Below, in pieces: positions 29,301 to 37,157 of a stretch of 64,000 bases of DNA. The notes below the pieces were generated by a model, which saw only the letters and a list, made by a program, of their open reading frames with translations, ran no database searches and was not told where the DNA came from. Each line of letters begins with the position of its first letter. Position 1 is the first letter of the stretch. The position numbers and the translations under genes are program-made. Source of the DNA: an uncultured Balneolaceae bacterium (GTDB taxonomy: Bacteria > Bacteroidota > Rhodothermia > Balneolales > Balneolaceae); contig CAKZLH010000165.1 of assembly GCA_937125285.1 (NCBI GenBank), positions 37,295-101,294 on the forward strand, given 5' to 3'.

Positions 29301-29514
29301 AAGCACACCTTCAATGGGTTTAAAAATTGATGAGATTATCCAAAAGCATTTAGTTGTTGACTGGCAACATAAAACTGATGTGAAAAATGCAATGCGACAG
29401 GATATTGATGACTACTTGTTTTCACTTAGAAATGAAGGTGTTGAGCTTACTATTGAGGAAATAGACACCATAATTGAGAAATCCATCGAACTAGCAATAC
29501 GGAATTATTCATGA
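26305..29514 (+). CDS. hsdR: type I restriction enzyme R subunit (helicase-nuclease)
   Basis: 1069 aa; N-terminal nuclease region (RPDIVLFVNGIPLVVLESK), Walker A HTQGSGKSLTM, DEAH-like VLVDEGHRTQ, motif VI QAIARVNR. Confidence 0.93.
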   Translation: MNTPSYLEDHSSQIPALMLLQKMGFSYLSPSEVDELRGSSSQVLLKPVLDECLRNINHIDFRGKRYPFSNHNITSAVQKISDLPLVDGLIKTNENLYHILTLGSSFEETIEGDKKSFTLKYVDWEHPENNQYHVAEEFSVQRVGSYKEYRPDIVLFVNGIPLVVLESKRPDLKVKEKDQNPVEQAVSQHLRNQKHDGIPNLYVYSQMLLSLAVNENKYATTGTPQKFWSTWKEKFDTLSEEKEYEDTIRSLVNQKLQDSDFDKLFSERFNYVKSYFQALQDQELSITDQDKILYGLCRPERLLRFIKRYTLYDAGLKKVARYQQFNAVEKTLERIRLLESGKRTGGVIWHTQGSGKSLTMVMLAKGIALDGSIPDARIVLVTDRVDLDDQIYKTFDDCDLEPVQAATGNHLISLLREKKRAVITTIINKFEAVVKKSKVKEDSPNIFVLVDEGHRTQYGTANIRMQQTFPNACFIAFTGTPLMKKEKNTARKFGGTIDTYTIKEAVEDKAVVPLLYEGRHIPQQVNKTPIDTYFERISVRLNEKEKADLKKKFSRSEQLNEAEQKLMTICYDISDHYSKTWQGTGFKGQLTVHSKTAAIKCKQFLDEFGKVTSDVIISPPDTREGHEDIDDDHTDIVQKFWKKMMERFGTEKEYNKQLIYRFKSDEAPEIMIVVDKLITGFDAPRNIVLYIARSLKEHKLLQAIARVNRLHEGKDFGYIIDYYGILGELDEALTTYSELEDFDQQELEGTLSDIHEEIEKLPERHSHVWDIFKGMDRSLDSQKYELFLDDEALRDEFYDRVSIFSRTLKLALSTFDFVQETDPKKVAEYKEDAKFFMSLRASVKARYSDAVDYRQYEKQVQKLIDTHVTSSEIVKLTEQVNIFDREKFEEELAKVEGDAARADRIASRTQKTISMVMEEDPALYKKFSEMLMQTINDWKARRLSDAQYLNKVKEIMEKVRSRSDSEVPEELEGKKVAHAVYGVVNEVLKVEEESVTYGTSTPSMGLKIDEIIQKHLVVDWQHKTDVKNAMRQDIDDYLFSLRNEGVELTIEEIDTIIEKSIELAIRNYS

Positions 29515-30209
29515 AAAGTATTACCTATGGTAATCATCAAATCGAATTTGAACTCAATTTTTCAAGCAGAAAAACGCTTGGTTTGACTGTGTATCCCGAT
29601 CAAACAGTGGTCGTTAATGCTCCATTAGGAACAGAGTATGAAAGCGTAGAAAAGAAAGTAAAGTCGAAAGCTCGATGGATTCTAAAACAACTTCGGCAAT
29701 TTGAGAAATATTTGCCGAATACAAAGAAAAAGGAATATGTATCCGGTGAAACCCATCTATATCTAGGTAGGCAATACATTCTAAAAATCACGTCTAATTC
29801 TGGGGCTTCTAGCCATGTAAAATTGAAAGGAAGGTATTTGAATGTGCAGGTAAATAATAAAAGAAGGGTAGAGGCTACTTTAAAAGAATGGTACAGAGCA
29901 AGAGCTAGTATTCATTTCCAGACTATTGTAGAAGATCTGCTTCCAGAATTTGAGAATCACGATCTTAAAGTGAAAGAATTGAAGATTCGTGAAATGAAAA
30001 AAAGATGGGGTAGTTGTACTACAGAAGGGGTTATTACCTTAAATAGTGAATTGATAAAAGCACCGAAACGATGTATTCAATATGTAATCCTGCACGAACT
30101 TTGTCACCTGATTTATCATAAACATGATGCTAATTTCTACCGACTTTTGAATTCAATGATGCCAAACTGGAAACGTTGGAAAGAAAAGCTGGAGATAACT
30201 TTGGCATAA
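29511..30209 (+). CDS. M48/YgjP-like (DUF45) zinc metallopeptidase
   Basis: 232 aa; HELCHL (HExxH) near the C-terminus; the start overlaps the hsdR stop. Confidence 0.75.
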   Translation: MKSITYGNHQIEFELNFSSRKTLGLTVYPDQTVVVNAPLGTEYESVEKKVKSKARWILKQLRQFEKYLPNTKKKEYVSGETHLYLGRQYILKITSNSGASSHVKLKGRYLNVQVNNKRRVEATLKEWYRARASIHFQTIVEDLLPEFENHDLKVKELKIREMKKRWGSCTTEGVITLNSELIKAPKRCIQYVILHELCHLIYHKHDANFYRLLNSMMPNWKRWKEKLEITLA

Positions 30210-30229
30210 CACTTTAAGCTGACTCACTC

Positions 30230-31534
30230 ATGTTAAAAATATTCAAAGGGGTAGAAAGATTACATGTAATTAAGGCCTCTGAAATTCTAAAGCAAAAGGA
30301 TATAGTAATAAGTCCCAGACAACAGTACTGGGTAAGAATGCCAGATGGCAATGAGTGGCCCTATAAAGAACTTGTAAGAGAATCGGTCTACCAAGCAACT
30401 AAAATTATACTAGGAGATGAATTTCAGAGCAATGAAACCAATAGATCGAAATTTGAGAGTCTATACGACCTTGAAATCGTAGATTATAAGAAGCTTCCAT
30501 CTGTTGAATACTTATGTGAAAGGCTTAAAAGTAATTTCAAGAATATTTGGAGATGTGCGGATTCTGCTAAATGGTATATCCTTAAAAACACAAACCTGTT
30601 TACGTTTGATTGGTTTGATTCTGAAGTAAACTACTTAGGTAAAAGAAAGGAGAAAATAGGAAAAGGTAAAATGTCTATATATCCGTGGGTAAATGAACTG
30701 AGGATAGGTGATCTTATTTTCGTAATGAGTAAAAATCATTATTTCGGGACAGCCATAGCTAGATCAGAGTATAATTGGAGAGGCCCATTATTAGACATTG
30801 GTGGGGGGCGCAAGAAACCCGCTATTAAAGTAGAATATTTACATAAGTTAGATCAGCCAATTCTTCATGAGTTGAAGACCCATAATAGGCCAACCACATT
30901 TGCTAACATAGAGCACTATAGTTTTGGGTTATACAATACTCTTAGTTTTTTGAAAGACAGATTGCCGGGTGTATATGAGTCATTGAATGTTGTTGTTCAG
31001 GAAGTTGAGTACCCATCAAAAGTGCCAAGTGAAGCACTGGAATATATTGGGCAATCTAATCCTCCATCGTCTATTATAAGTTTTATATCAGATTCTCCAA
31101 GTTTTAAGGCTAACGAAGTCGACTACGAGAAAGAACATAGAAGAAATAAAGAAAAAGGAGATTTTGGAGAACGATACTTCGAATCATTGATTGAAAAGAA
31201 CCCAGATTTAATCGAGTTAGGTAGTCCTATTGCGAATATAGAAAAACAGAAGGATGGGGTTGGATATGATTATATGGTGAACACAGAAGATGGCAACCTG
31301 TACTATATTGAAATCAAATCTACTACTAGTTCAGCAAGTACTCCATTTTATATGTCTCATAATGAGAGGTCTTTTATGAAACAAGAATGCGAGAATTATA
31401 GGCTGATTAGATTCTACGATCTAAAACAAAAAAGAAGAGAAGGGTCATTTTTTGTACTAACTGCTAATGAGTTAAAATCAGGAGAATTCGATTTCAAGCC
31501 TACTAATTTTGAGATTTCCAGAACATTAAGTTGA
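30230..31534 (+). CDS. DUF3883-type PD-(D/E)xK nuclease-fold protein with N-terminal putative reader domains
   Basis: 434 aa; C-terminal GDFGERYFE...GVGYDYMV...YYIEIKST...FYMSHNERSF...YRLIRFY matches the DUF3883 pattern as recalled; the N-terminal domains were not identified. Confidence 0.55.
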   Translation: MLKIFKGVERLHVIKASEILKQKDIVISPRQQYWVRMPDGNEWPYKELVRESVYQATKIILGDEFQSNETNRSKFESLYDLEIVDYKKLPSVEYLCERLKSNFKNIWRCADSAKWYILKNTNLFTFDWFDSEVNYLGKRKEKIGKGKMSIYPWVNELRIGDLIFVMSKNHYFGTAIARSEYNWRGPLLDIGGGRKKPAIKVEYLHKLDQPILHELKTHNRPTTFANIEHYSFGLYNTLSFLKDRLPGVYESLNVVVQEVEYPSKVPSEALEYIGQSNPPSSIISFISDSPSFKANEVDYEKEHRRNKEKGDFGERYFESLIEKNPDLIELGSPIANIEKQKDGVGYDYMVNTEDGNLYYIEIKSTTSSASTPFYMSHNERSFMKQECENYRLIRFYDLKQKRREGSFFVLTANELKSGEFDFKPTNFEISRTLS

Positions 31535-31606
31535 GTGGCCGTAACTTAATTGTCAGGATCTATTATCTGAAATAGTCATGTTTACTAATCTGAATGCTCA
31601 AAAATG

Positions 31607-32062
31607 TTATTTCTTTTCAACAACCACCAGATCTCCACAAGCTGTCCACTTTTTAAAAATGTAGTTGTCATCATAATGCTGGTGAGGGATAGTTTTCAAG
31701 TTTATTATTCCATTAGCCCCTTTTAAGAAGGCATTGAATTTGAGTTCCCATATTGCTTTCTCAAAATCATCGTGTTCGAATATCGTTTCGAGATAAAAAA
31801 GATTTTCAACTATTCTGTGCTTCCCAATATGGTTGCTACGAACTGCAATAATTGAGTCAACTTTTTTTTCGCGTTCAATATTGCATTCATTACACAAATC
31901 CATTGGTTTTGAATATCCTGAATCATCCATATTTGCTTGATAAGTCTGGATTCTGTGGTCGCTACAGAGGTGGCCTCCGCAATCTGCACACCAATGGTCA
32001 CCAACTGGAATTAACCAAAGCCATTTATCTCTAGAGTCATTATTGCAGTATTTACATTTCAT
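31607..32062 (-). CDS. zinc-ribbon protein with a YbjQ/UPF0145-like C-terminal domain
   Basis: 151 aa; CKYCN...CADCGGHLCSDH...CNEC Cys clusters; C-terminal FLKGANGIINLK resembles the YbjQ signature. Confidence 0.4.
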   Translation of the reverse strand: MKCKYCNNDSRDKWLWLIPVGDHWCADCGGHLCSDHRIQTYQANMDDSGYSKPMDLCNECNIEREKKVDSIIAVRSNHIGKHRIVENLFYLETIFEHDDFEKAIWELKFNAFLKGANGIINLKTIPHQHYDDNYIFKKWTACGDLVVVEKK

Positions 32063-32157
32063 ACGTAGTATTTAAGATTAATATATAAAAATTAATTAGA
32101 TGAATCCGTTTTTTAAAAACACTTTAAAAGAGAAAGCTGGGCTTTCTCTTAATAATC

Positions 32158-32673
32158 TCACATATCTTTGAATTCTGGTTCCAATTTAAATTTGTACCTC
32201 ATTGTCTTGGAGTACCTGTCATAATGTCCCCAATAAAGATTGTCAAGACTTACGCTACCAGGAATCCTATACCCAATTCTTAATGGTTCTGTTTTAGCAT
32301 TGGGTTGAACAAAGCGAGCATTTTCTCCATTGGTAGGGGCATATAAGTTTCCGTCATCTGTAACTAAGTATTTATTACGGTATTCAAAGAAGTATTCTGC
32401 AGGTTCATTTTCCAGATTCATAGCTTGCCACATTACAAGTATTAAGTGATCGTTACCCTGAGTGTCGTAGACGCTAACTACTTGAATTGAGTCACTTCTA
32501 GTAATCCATTCACCTGAGTAATAAGAATATTCAAAAAATGTCCATGTATTCTCTTTTCCAACTTCTTCTTTATTCGAACACGACACCAAAAGAAGTACGA
32601 TGCTTATAAATAGAAATAGAATTATAGTTAGCTGCTTTATTTTGAGATAGTAGTTGGGGTTGATTGTATTCAT
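32158..32673 (-). CDS. hypothetical lipoprotein
   Basis: 171 aa; lipobox LLLVSCSN. Confidence 0.5.
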   Translation of the reverse strand: MNTINPNYYLKIKQLTIILFLFISIVLLLVSCSNKEEVGKENTWTFFEYSYYSGEWITRSDSIQVVSVYDTQGNDHLILVMWQAMNLENEPAEYFFEYRNKYLVTDDGNLYAPTNGENARFVQPNAKTEPLRIGYRIPGSVSLDNLYWGHYDRYSKTMRYKFKLEPEFKDM

Positions 32674-32706
32674 GTTGATGTCTTTTGGTTATTTATAGTA
32701 TGCAAT

Positions 32707-32726
32707 ATCCATACCATAGTATGGAT
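32707..32726. promoter_or_regulatory. palindromic operator candidate ATCCATAC-N4-GTATGGAT
   Basis: Perfect 8-bp arms in the divergent region between the lipoprotein gene and the XRE gene. Confidence 0.45.
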
Positions 32727-32757
32727 AGTCAAGATTATATTTCCTGCATGTTCCTCC

Positions 32758-33000
32758 ATGCATACAAAGGAAGAAATACAAGAAGCTTTATCTGTTGTGA
32801 TAAAGCGCGAACGAGATCAGAGAGGTTTATCTCAGTTCGATTTAGCTGTCGGCAGTGATCTGCACAGAACAATGATTGAGTTCATCGAGCGTAGAAAGCG
32901 AATGCCAACAATACATTCATTTTTAAAGATTGCTGAGGCGTTGGAAGTTTCACCAAGCTACCTCATGCAAGAGCTTGAAAGCGAGTTAGGTAAGAAATAA
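32758..33000 (+). CDS. XRE-family helix-turn-helix transcriptional regulator
   Basis: 80 aa; RGLSQFDLAVGSDLHRTMIEFIERRKRMPTIHSFLKIAEAL is a typical Cro/CI-type HTH. Confidence 0.8.
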   Translation: MHTKEEIQEALSVVIKRERDQRGLSQFDLAVGSDLHRTMIEFIERRKRMPTIHSFLKIAEALEVSPSYLMQELESELGKK

Positions 33001-33004
33001 AAAA

Positions 33005-33020
33005 GAAGCCCGAAGGCTTC
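33005..33020. terminator. shared hairpin terminator between convergent genes
   Basis: GAAGCC-CGAA-GGCTTC; on the minus strand it is followed by TTTTTTATTT, immediately after the TGA of the 33023..33538 gene. Confidence 0.6.
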
Positions 33021-33022
33021 TC

Positions 33023-33538
33023 TCAACTAGTCACACCATTCGCTGAAAACTCTTCAGCGGGTTTATAATCCGGGCGATCTATAACCCGAATATACTCTCC
33101 GGAAGGTTTTAGCGCAAAGTAAGAGACTTCGCCAGTATTGGGATCTTTGAAAGGTATAATACTTTCTATATTTGCGTATGTACGCTCATCTGTCTCATTA
33201 TGCACAAGGAATAAGGTGGCACTCATCCCTACGAAATGCTCAAGATTGATCCCATCATGAAGCTCCTTTGGCGAGTATTTTTCACCTCGCCACTTCTCCA
33301 GGAATTTGCGAAGGGAAGCTTTTTCGTTCAGGCTTTTAGTGAACCGTTTTCCAACTACAAAACACTTACCGTTTTCATCGGTAGATTCAAGCTCGAACAT
33401 CAAGCTTACTTTTTCTTTAGAACCCCAAGGGGTTTCGACCCGTCCAATGGAAATTGCGTCTACGCACACCCCATGGTGTAAGCCTTCATCCGGAATTGGA
33501 TATTGGGAAGGATCTTCGATAATTATTAAATCAGACAT
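33023..33538 (-). CDS. phage-type protein, DUF669-like (possible ssDNA-binding partner of the exonuclease)
   Basis: 171 aa directly downstream of the YqaJ gene; family recalled from overall pattern only; ends in TGA-G followed by a terminator hairpin. Confidence 0.35.
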   Translation of the reverse strand: MSDLIIIEDPSQYPIPDEGLHHGVCVDAISIGRVETPWGSKEKVSLMFELESTDENGKCFVVGKRFTKSLNEKASLRKFLEKWRGEKYSPKELHDGINLEHFVGMSATLFLVHNETDERTYANIESIIPFKDPNTGEVSYFALKPSGEYIRVIDRPDYKPAEEFSANGVTS

Positions 33539-33553
33539 TTCTGCCTCCAGTAG

Positions 33554-34522
33554 TTAATTGACGGTAAACCGTCGAGTTGTTATTTGGTTTAAGAATTGTT
33601 TGTAAAGCTCAGGGTGGGCCTTTTTGAAAGCTGGAGTATTCAACCGGTTTTGAGTCGAGCTTTTCCAGCTTATAAGTTTCTTACCGACGCATACCAGCTG
33701 TTCAGAATCTCCAAGATCCTGTTTGAGCTTTATGCGAAGGTGCTCTTCCATTCTTTCCAGATCGGAAATTCGATCTCTTACTTCTTTTAGCTCGGTGTAA
33801 TAGCCATAGGCTTTAGGAGTGGCCTCAAGCGTTTTATTCTCCATGCTATCAGGGTAGAGTAAAAGCATATCATCATCAGAGGTTGGTTCAGGTGGAATAT
33901 CCGCAATGATATGCCGGTTCCACCATGCCACTGCTTTTTCAAAGAGCTCATCAATTAGCTCTTGATTGCGTTGGATAAGAATTGGCTCATGAAAGATGCC
34001 AGTGTCTCTTTCCATAATGGCGAGGTACGCATAGGAGTAACCTGTCAGAAACATGTACCACTGAATCTGATACTCCCAGCTTAAGGGATACAGGTTTTCC
34101 TCACTTTTAAGGCGCATTGAACTTGTTGACTTTATTTCGAGGACACCGGGAGAACCATGAAGCTCAGAGGAAATGATTTGCCGATCTATATTTCCACGTA
34201 GGAAACTAAAATCCGGATGTTCATACGCCTCAGAGATATTGCGGACTTTCAGGCCAGTGGTCTGACAGAATTTTTCTGCAATCACAGGTTCCAAAATATG
34301 TCCGAGTTCAGTAATCGGCGTTGAACCTTGCGGTTCTATTCTTCCAGTTTTAATCAGCCAAAGCTGTAGCGGTGTTTGGTACTTTGATTTCCCAAAGGCA
34401 GCGGCAAGCTCGCTTCCTCCCAAATATTGTATTCGAGCGTGAACCCATTCTTTAGAAGGGATGTTGTCTAACAGTTTTGTCATAGGATATAGATTGAGAT
34501 TAGTAGAAATAGAAAAGGCCAC
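33554..34522 (-). CDS. YqaJ-like viral recombinase-domain exonuclease
   Basis: 322 aa; GGSELAAAFGKSKYQTPLQLWLIKTGR and later PD-(D/E)xK-like blocks (GNIDRQI, LEIKST). Confidence 0.8.
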   Translation of the reverse strand: MAFSISTNLNLYPMTKLLDNIPSKEWVHARIQYLGGSELAAAFGKSKYQTPLQLWLIKTGRIEPQGSTPITELGHILEPVIAEKFCQTTGLKVRNISEAYEHPDFSFLRGNIDRQIISSELHGSPGVLEIKSTSSMRLKSEENLYPLSWEYQIQWYMFLTGYSYAYLAIMERDTGIFHEPILIQRNQELIDELFEKAVAWWNRHIIADIPPEPTSDDDMLLLYPDSMENKTLEATPKAYGYYTELKEVRDRISDLERMEEHLRIKLKQDLGDSEQLVCVGKKLISWKSSTQNRLNTPAFKKAHPELYKQFLNQITTRRFTVN

Positions 34523-34525
34523 AGA

Positions 34526-34648
34526 TTATTCTGAAGCCTTTTCGGATTGGTTTTCTTTAGGTGGAGGAGGTGGAGGTGGTAGAAAGAATTTTAGAAGTTC
34601 TTTCACAAGCTCCGCGCTAGCATTAATTAGCTCTGTAGGATCGTTCAT
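34526..34648 (-). CDS. possible 40-aa micro-ORF with a poly-proline run
   Basis: MNDPTELINASAELVKELLKFFLPPPPPPPKENQSEKASE; not in the ORF track; the Pro run is encoded by the GGTGGAGG tandem repeat, so it may be non-coding. Confidence 0.2.
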   Translation of the reverse strand: MNDPTELINASAELVKELLKFFLPPPPPPPKENQSEKASE

Positions 34649-34703
34649 GATTTGTTACCAGTAATTATGATTATGATTACCTTAACTATCAGTTTGGGAA
34701 TGC

Positions 34704-35522
34704 TCATAGCGCAAACACCTTACTCACGTTTTCTTGATAACGAGCTTGTAGGTGAGGTTCCATCTCGTGGCTAATGTGATTGGTTAACCTGTTGAGCAGC
34801 CTCCATTGAGTGATGCGTCCAATTTCTTCTTCTTGAATGCATTGCTCAGCCAGGCGCTTAGAGATCTTGGTACTTACGTTCTCTACGAGTTGTTCATCTA
34901 CCCGTAGTAGCTCAAGGCGATTGATACGCTCTTGAATCTCCGGGAAGAAGGAACGTGCTTCGGCTAGCTTTTCACCTAAATCATCAAATGAGAATCCTTT
35001 GGTGTGACGAGAATAGTATTTACTAAGCACCGTCCCGAATACCATTCCGTTTGAGCAAATTGCTCGGATAGCTCCAAAATAAAAACGAATTCCTTCGCTC
35101 TGGTCGTAGGAGTTATGAATGAAGGCGGACAAGGCAATGTCTGACTCGCGATCACGAAGCCGAAGCTCTGGAAAGGTAATCTGTAGTCGCATACGCTCAT
35201 TGGTTACAAAGGAATGTGAGGCATCCACTTTAAAGCTTTGCCCGCAGGTTGCAAGTTGGCGCAGAAGCGCATCAATGAGCTCAGAGTTGGTCACGATTTT
35301 GTAAGTGTCGCGTACTATGGAAATGACCTCGTTCGTGTCTTCCCGAACAATGGCTTTATAACCATTGGACAGAAAGGTATCAGGGTTTTCCAGATTGATA
35401 ATGGGAGACTGAAAATCGTCGACAGCGACTTTTCGCTCAACCACCGGAAAGCAGAAAGGTTGAAGATTCATTAGAATTGGGTTAAGAGTTAATGGGATTA
35501 TTCCCATTGTTCTTATACCCAA
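34704..35522 (-). CDS. DUF932-domain protein (phage/ICE-associated)
   Basis: 272 aa; hallmark FIHNSYDQSEGIRFYFGAIRAICSNGMVFG. Confidence 0.7.
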   Translation of the reverse strand: MGIRTMGIIPLTLNPILMNLQPFCFPVVERKVAVDDFQSPIINLENPDTFLSNGYKAIVREDTNEVISIVRDTYKIVTNSELIDALLRQLATCGQSFKVDASHSFVTNERMRLQITFPELRLRDRESDIALSAFIHNSYDQSEGIRFYFGAIRAICSNGMVFGTVLSKYYSRHTKGFSFDDLGEKLAEARSFFPEIQERINRLELLRVDEQLVENVSTKISKRLAEQCIQEEEIGRITQWRLLNRLTNHISHEMEPHLQARYQENVSKVFAL

Positions 35523-35625
35523 ATATGCCTCAGAATGATGTCAAAGTTATCTTAGAGCATCATTAATTCGTAGTTAAACAGTTAATCAATCACATACCTT
35601 GTAGTGGATTTAAAAGCTCAAGTGC

Positions 35626-35835
35626 TTACTTAATACCTTGAACTTTCATTCTAGCTCGGTGACCAGCTACATACCCTAAGTTTTCAAGTTGTTCATACTC
35701 CAAGATTAAAACCTGCGAATCTCCTATAAACACTGGCTCATACCATTGATGTGCTGAGCGGTAAAAGTTTCCAGGATCATTCACTTCAATGGTTGCGGTT
35801 TGTCCGGGATCAGGCTCTATGGTATAGTCATCCAT
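35626..35835 (-). CDS. hypothetical protein
   Basis: 69-aa ORF on the module strand; ends in TAA. Confidence 0.35.
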   Translation of the reverse strand: MDDYTIEPDPGQTATIEVNDPGNFYRSAHQWYEPVFIGDSQVLILEYEQLENLGYVAGHRARMKVQGIK

Positions 35836-35954
35836 TTTTTAAAGAAAAGATAGAATCGGATAATGTCAGCTTACGTCACCGTACTTTGGGGAATTTGGTA
35901 TAAGAATGGTGAAGGCCATTACGCTTTCACTACTCATAACTAACCTTATTAGCC

Positions 35955-36407
35955 ATGCATACTGTCTCTGAAGTCTCCCTCAAATACCAAACTCAAACAT
36001 CTTTCGAAGAAAAGCCCGTAATAAGTTCACCGGAACAAGCTCACCGGTTTCTCAAGAAAATCTGGGATTCAGATACTATTGAGCTCCGAGAAGAATTTGT
36101 TATTGTCTTATTGAACCATTCCAAAAAAGTGCTTGGGTGGAGTAAAGTTTCGACAGGAGGGCCATTTGCTACTATCGTACATCCAACTACGGTATTCCAA
36201 CTCATACTCTTAGGTAATGCTGCAAGTGTGATTTTGGCTCACAATCATCCTTCTGGAACTTTAAAACCGAGCCTAGCTGATATTGAGCTAACTAAACGCT
36301 TGTCGAAGGCTGGAAAGCTGTTTTCAATTGGCGTAGACGATCACTTAATTCTAACACGCGATAATTATCTATCCTTTCGGGAAGAGGGGTTAATGAAAGA
36401 GGGGTAA
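35955..36407 (+). CDS. radC: RadC-like JAB/MPN domain protein
   Basis: 150 aa; JAMM motif ILAHNHPSGTLKPSLADIELTKRL. Confidence 0.85.
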   Translation: MHTVSEVSLKYQTQTSFEEKPVISSPEQAHRFLKKIWDSDTIELREEFVIVLLNHSKKVLGWSKVSTGGPFATIVHPTTVFQLILLGNAASVILAHNHPSGTLKPSLADIELTKRLSKAGKLFSIGVDDHLILTRDNYLSFREEGLMKEG

Positions 36408-36540
36408 CTCTCTTTTTTTTAGATTATTAATCGCCTATAGGGAGACGAAAAAAAATTGGGAAAAAAATTTTCGGAATCCGTTTTTCAAATCAAAAAGGCT
36501 TTTTTCTGAATGAGGGTTTAATGCTTGGAATCTGGGTAGA

Positions 36541-36567
36541 TTGCCGGGAGTATGGGACCCGGCAATT
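36541..36567. terminator. stem-loop between the convergent radC-like and TGA-containing genes
   Basis: TTGCCGGG-N11-CCCGGCAA (8-bp GC-rich stem); no clear T-run. Confidence 0.35.
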
Positions 36568-36632
36568 ACCTCAAAAATGATATTAATTCGAATTTAGTGT
36601 CCCACCAGAAAGTGTTTAATCCGATTGATTAG

Positions 36633-37157
36633 CTAGCTATCTGCTTGCTCCTTAAGGTACAGGCTGTAGGCTTCTTCAATTTTTCGAAAGTGGCGCTCAA
36701 CATACCTTCCGGATTTATCTTCCTTCAAAACTTGTTTAAGCTCCTCTGGTGTGGTGATTCAATCTTTTGTTTTTTCATTATCAATCCAGTGAAAAATCTC
36801 CCGGCAGTACATACGATCCGCATTTTCTATGACTCATCCCATAAAAGTCCCTTTTTTTCTCATTATATAGATTGCTTTTCTGATTTCACGAGGGGTGGAG
36901 GAGCCAGGTTGAAGTCCGAAATCTAACGTTGGGTAGTTTCAAGGCGAAGTTCTTCCACGCAACACGGCCTCCATAATATTTGGGCAATTTGTTGCCGGAC
37001 GTTTTCAATCATTTCATTCTGCAATACGCCGAATCAGTATGATTGAAGTGTTAAATTTGCTCGCAGTTGCACGATGGCCGTGTTTCATTCAATATGCTTT
37101 GATGTCTTTCTCTTTGTGTTCCTTAAAAAGATCTGCTTTTCTTTTAATCTTTATCAT
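36633..37157 (-). CDS. 174-aa basic protein with six in-frame TGA codons (read as Trp); possible HTH protein
   Basis: 525 nt = 175 codons from ATG 37157 (AGGAGA 7 nt upstream) to TAG 36633-36635; TGA at 37089-91, 37014-16, 37005-07, 36939-41, 36834-36 and 36759-61; no TAA/TAG in frame; missing from the ORF track. Confidence 0.6.

Noticed and set aside
34560-34579. GGTGGAGG tandem as a CRISPR array or microsatellite locus
   Set aside because: It has only about 2.5 short units with no spacers. It is better explained as a poly-Pro coding run or as a relative of the candidate iteron motif. No CRISPR array was seen anywhere in the window.
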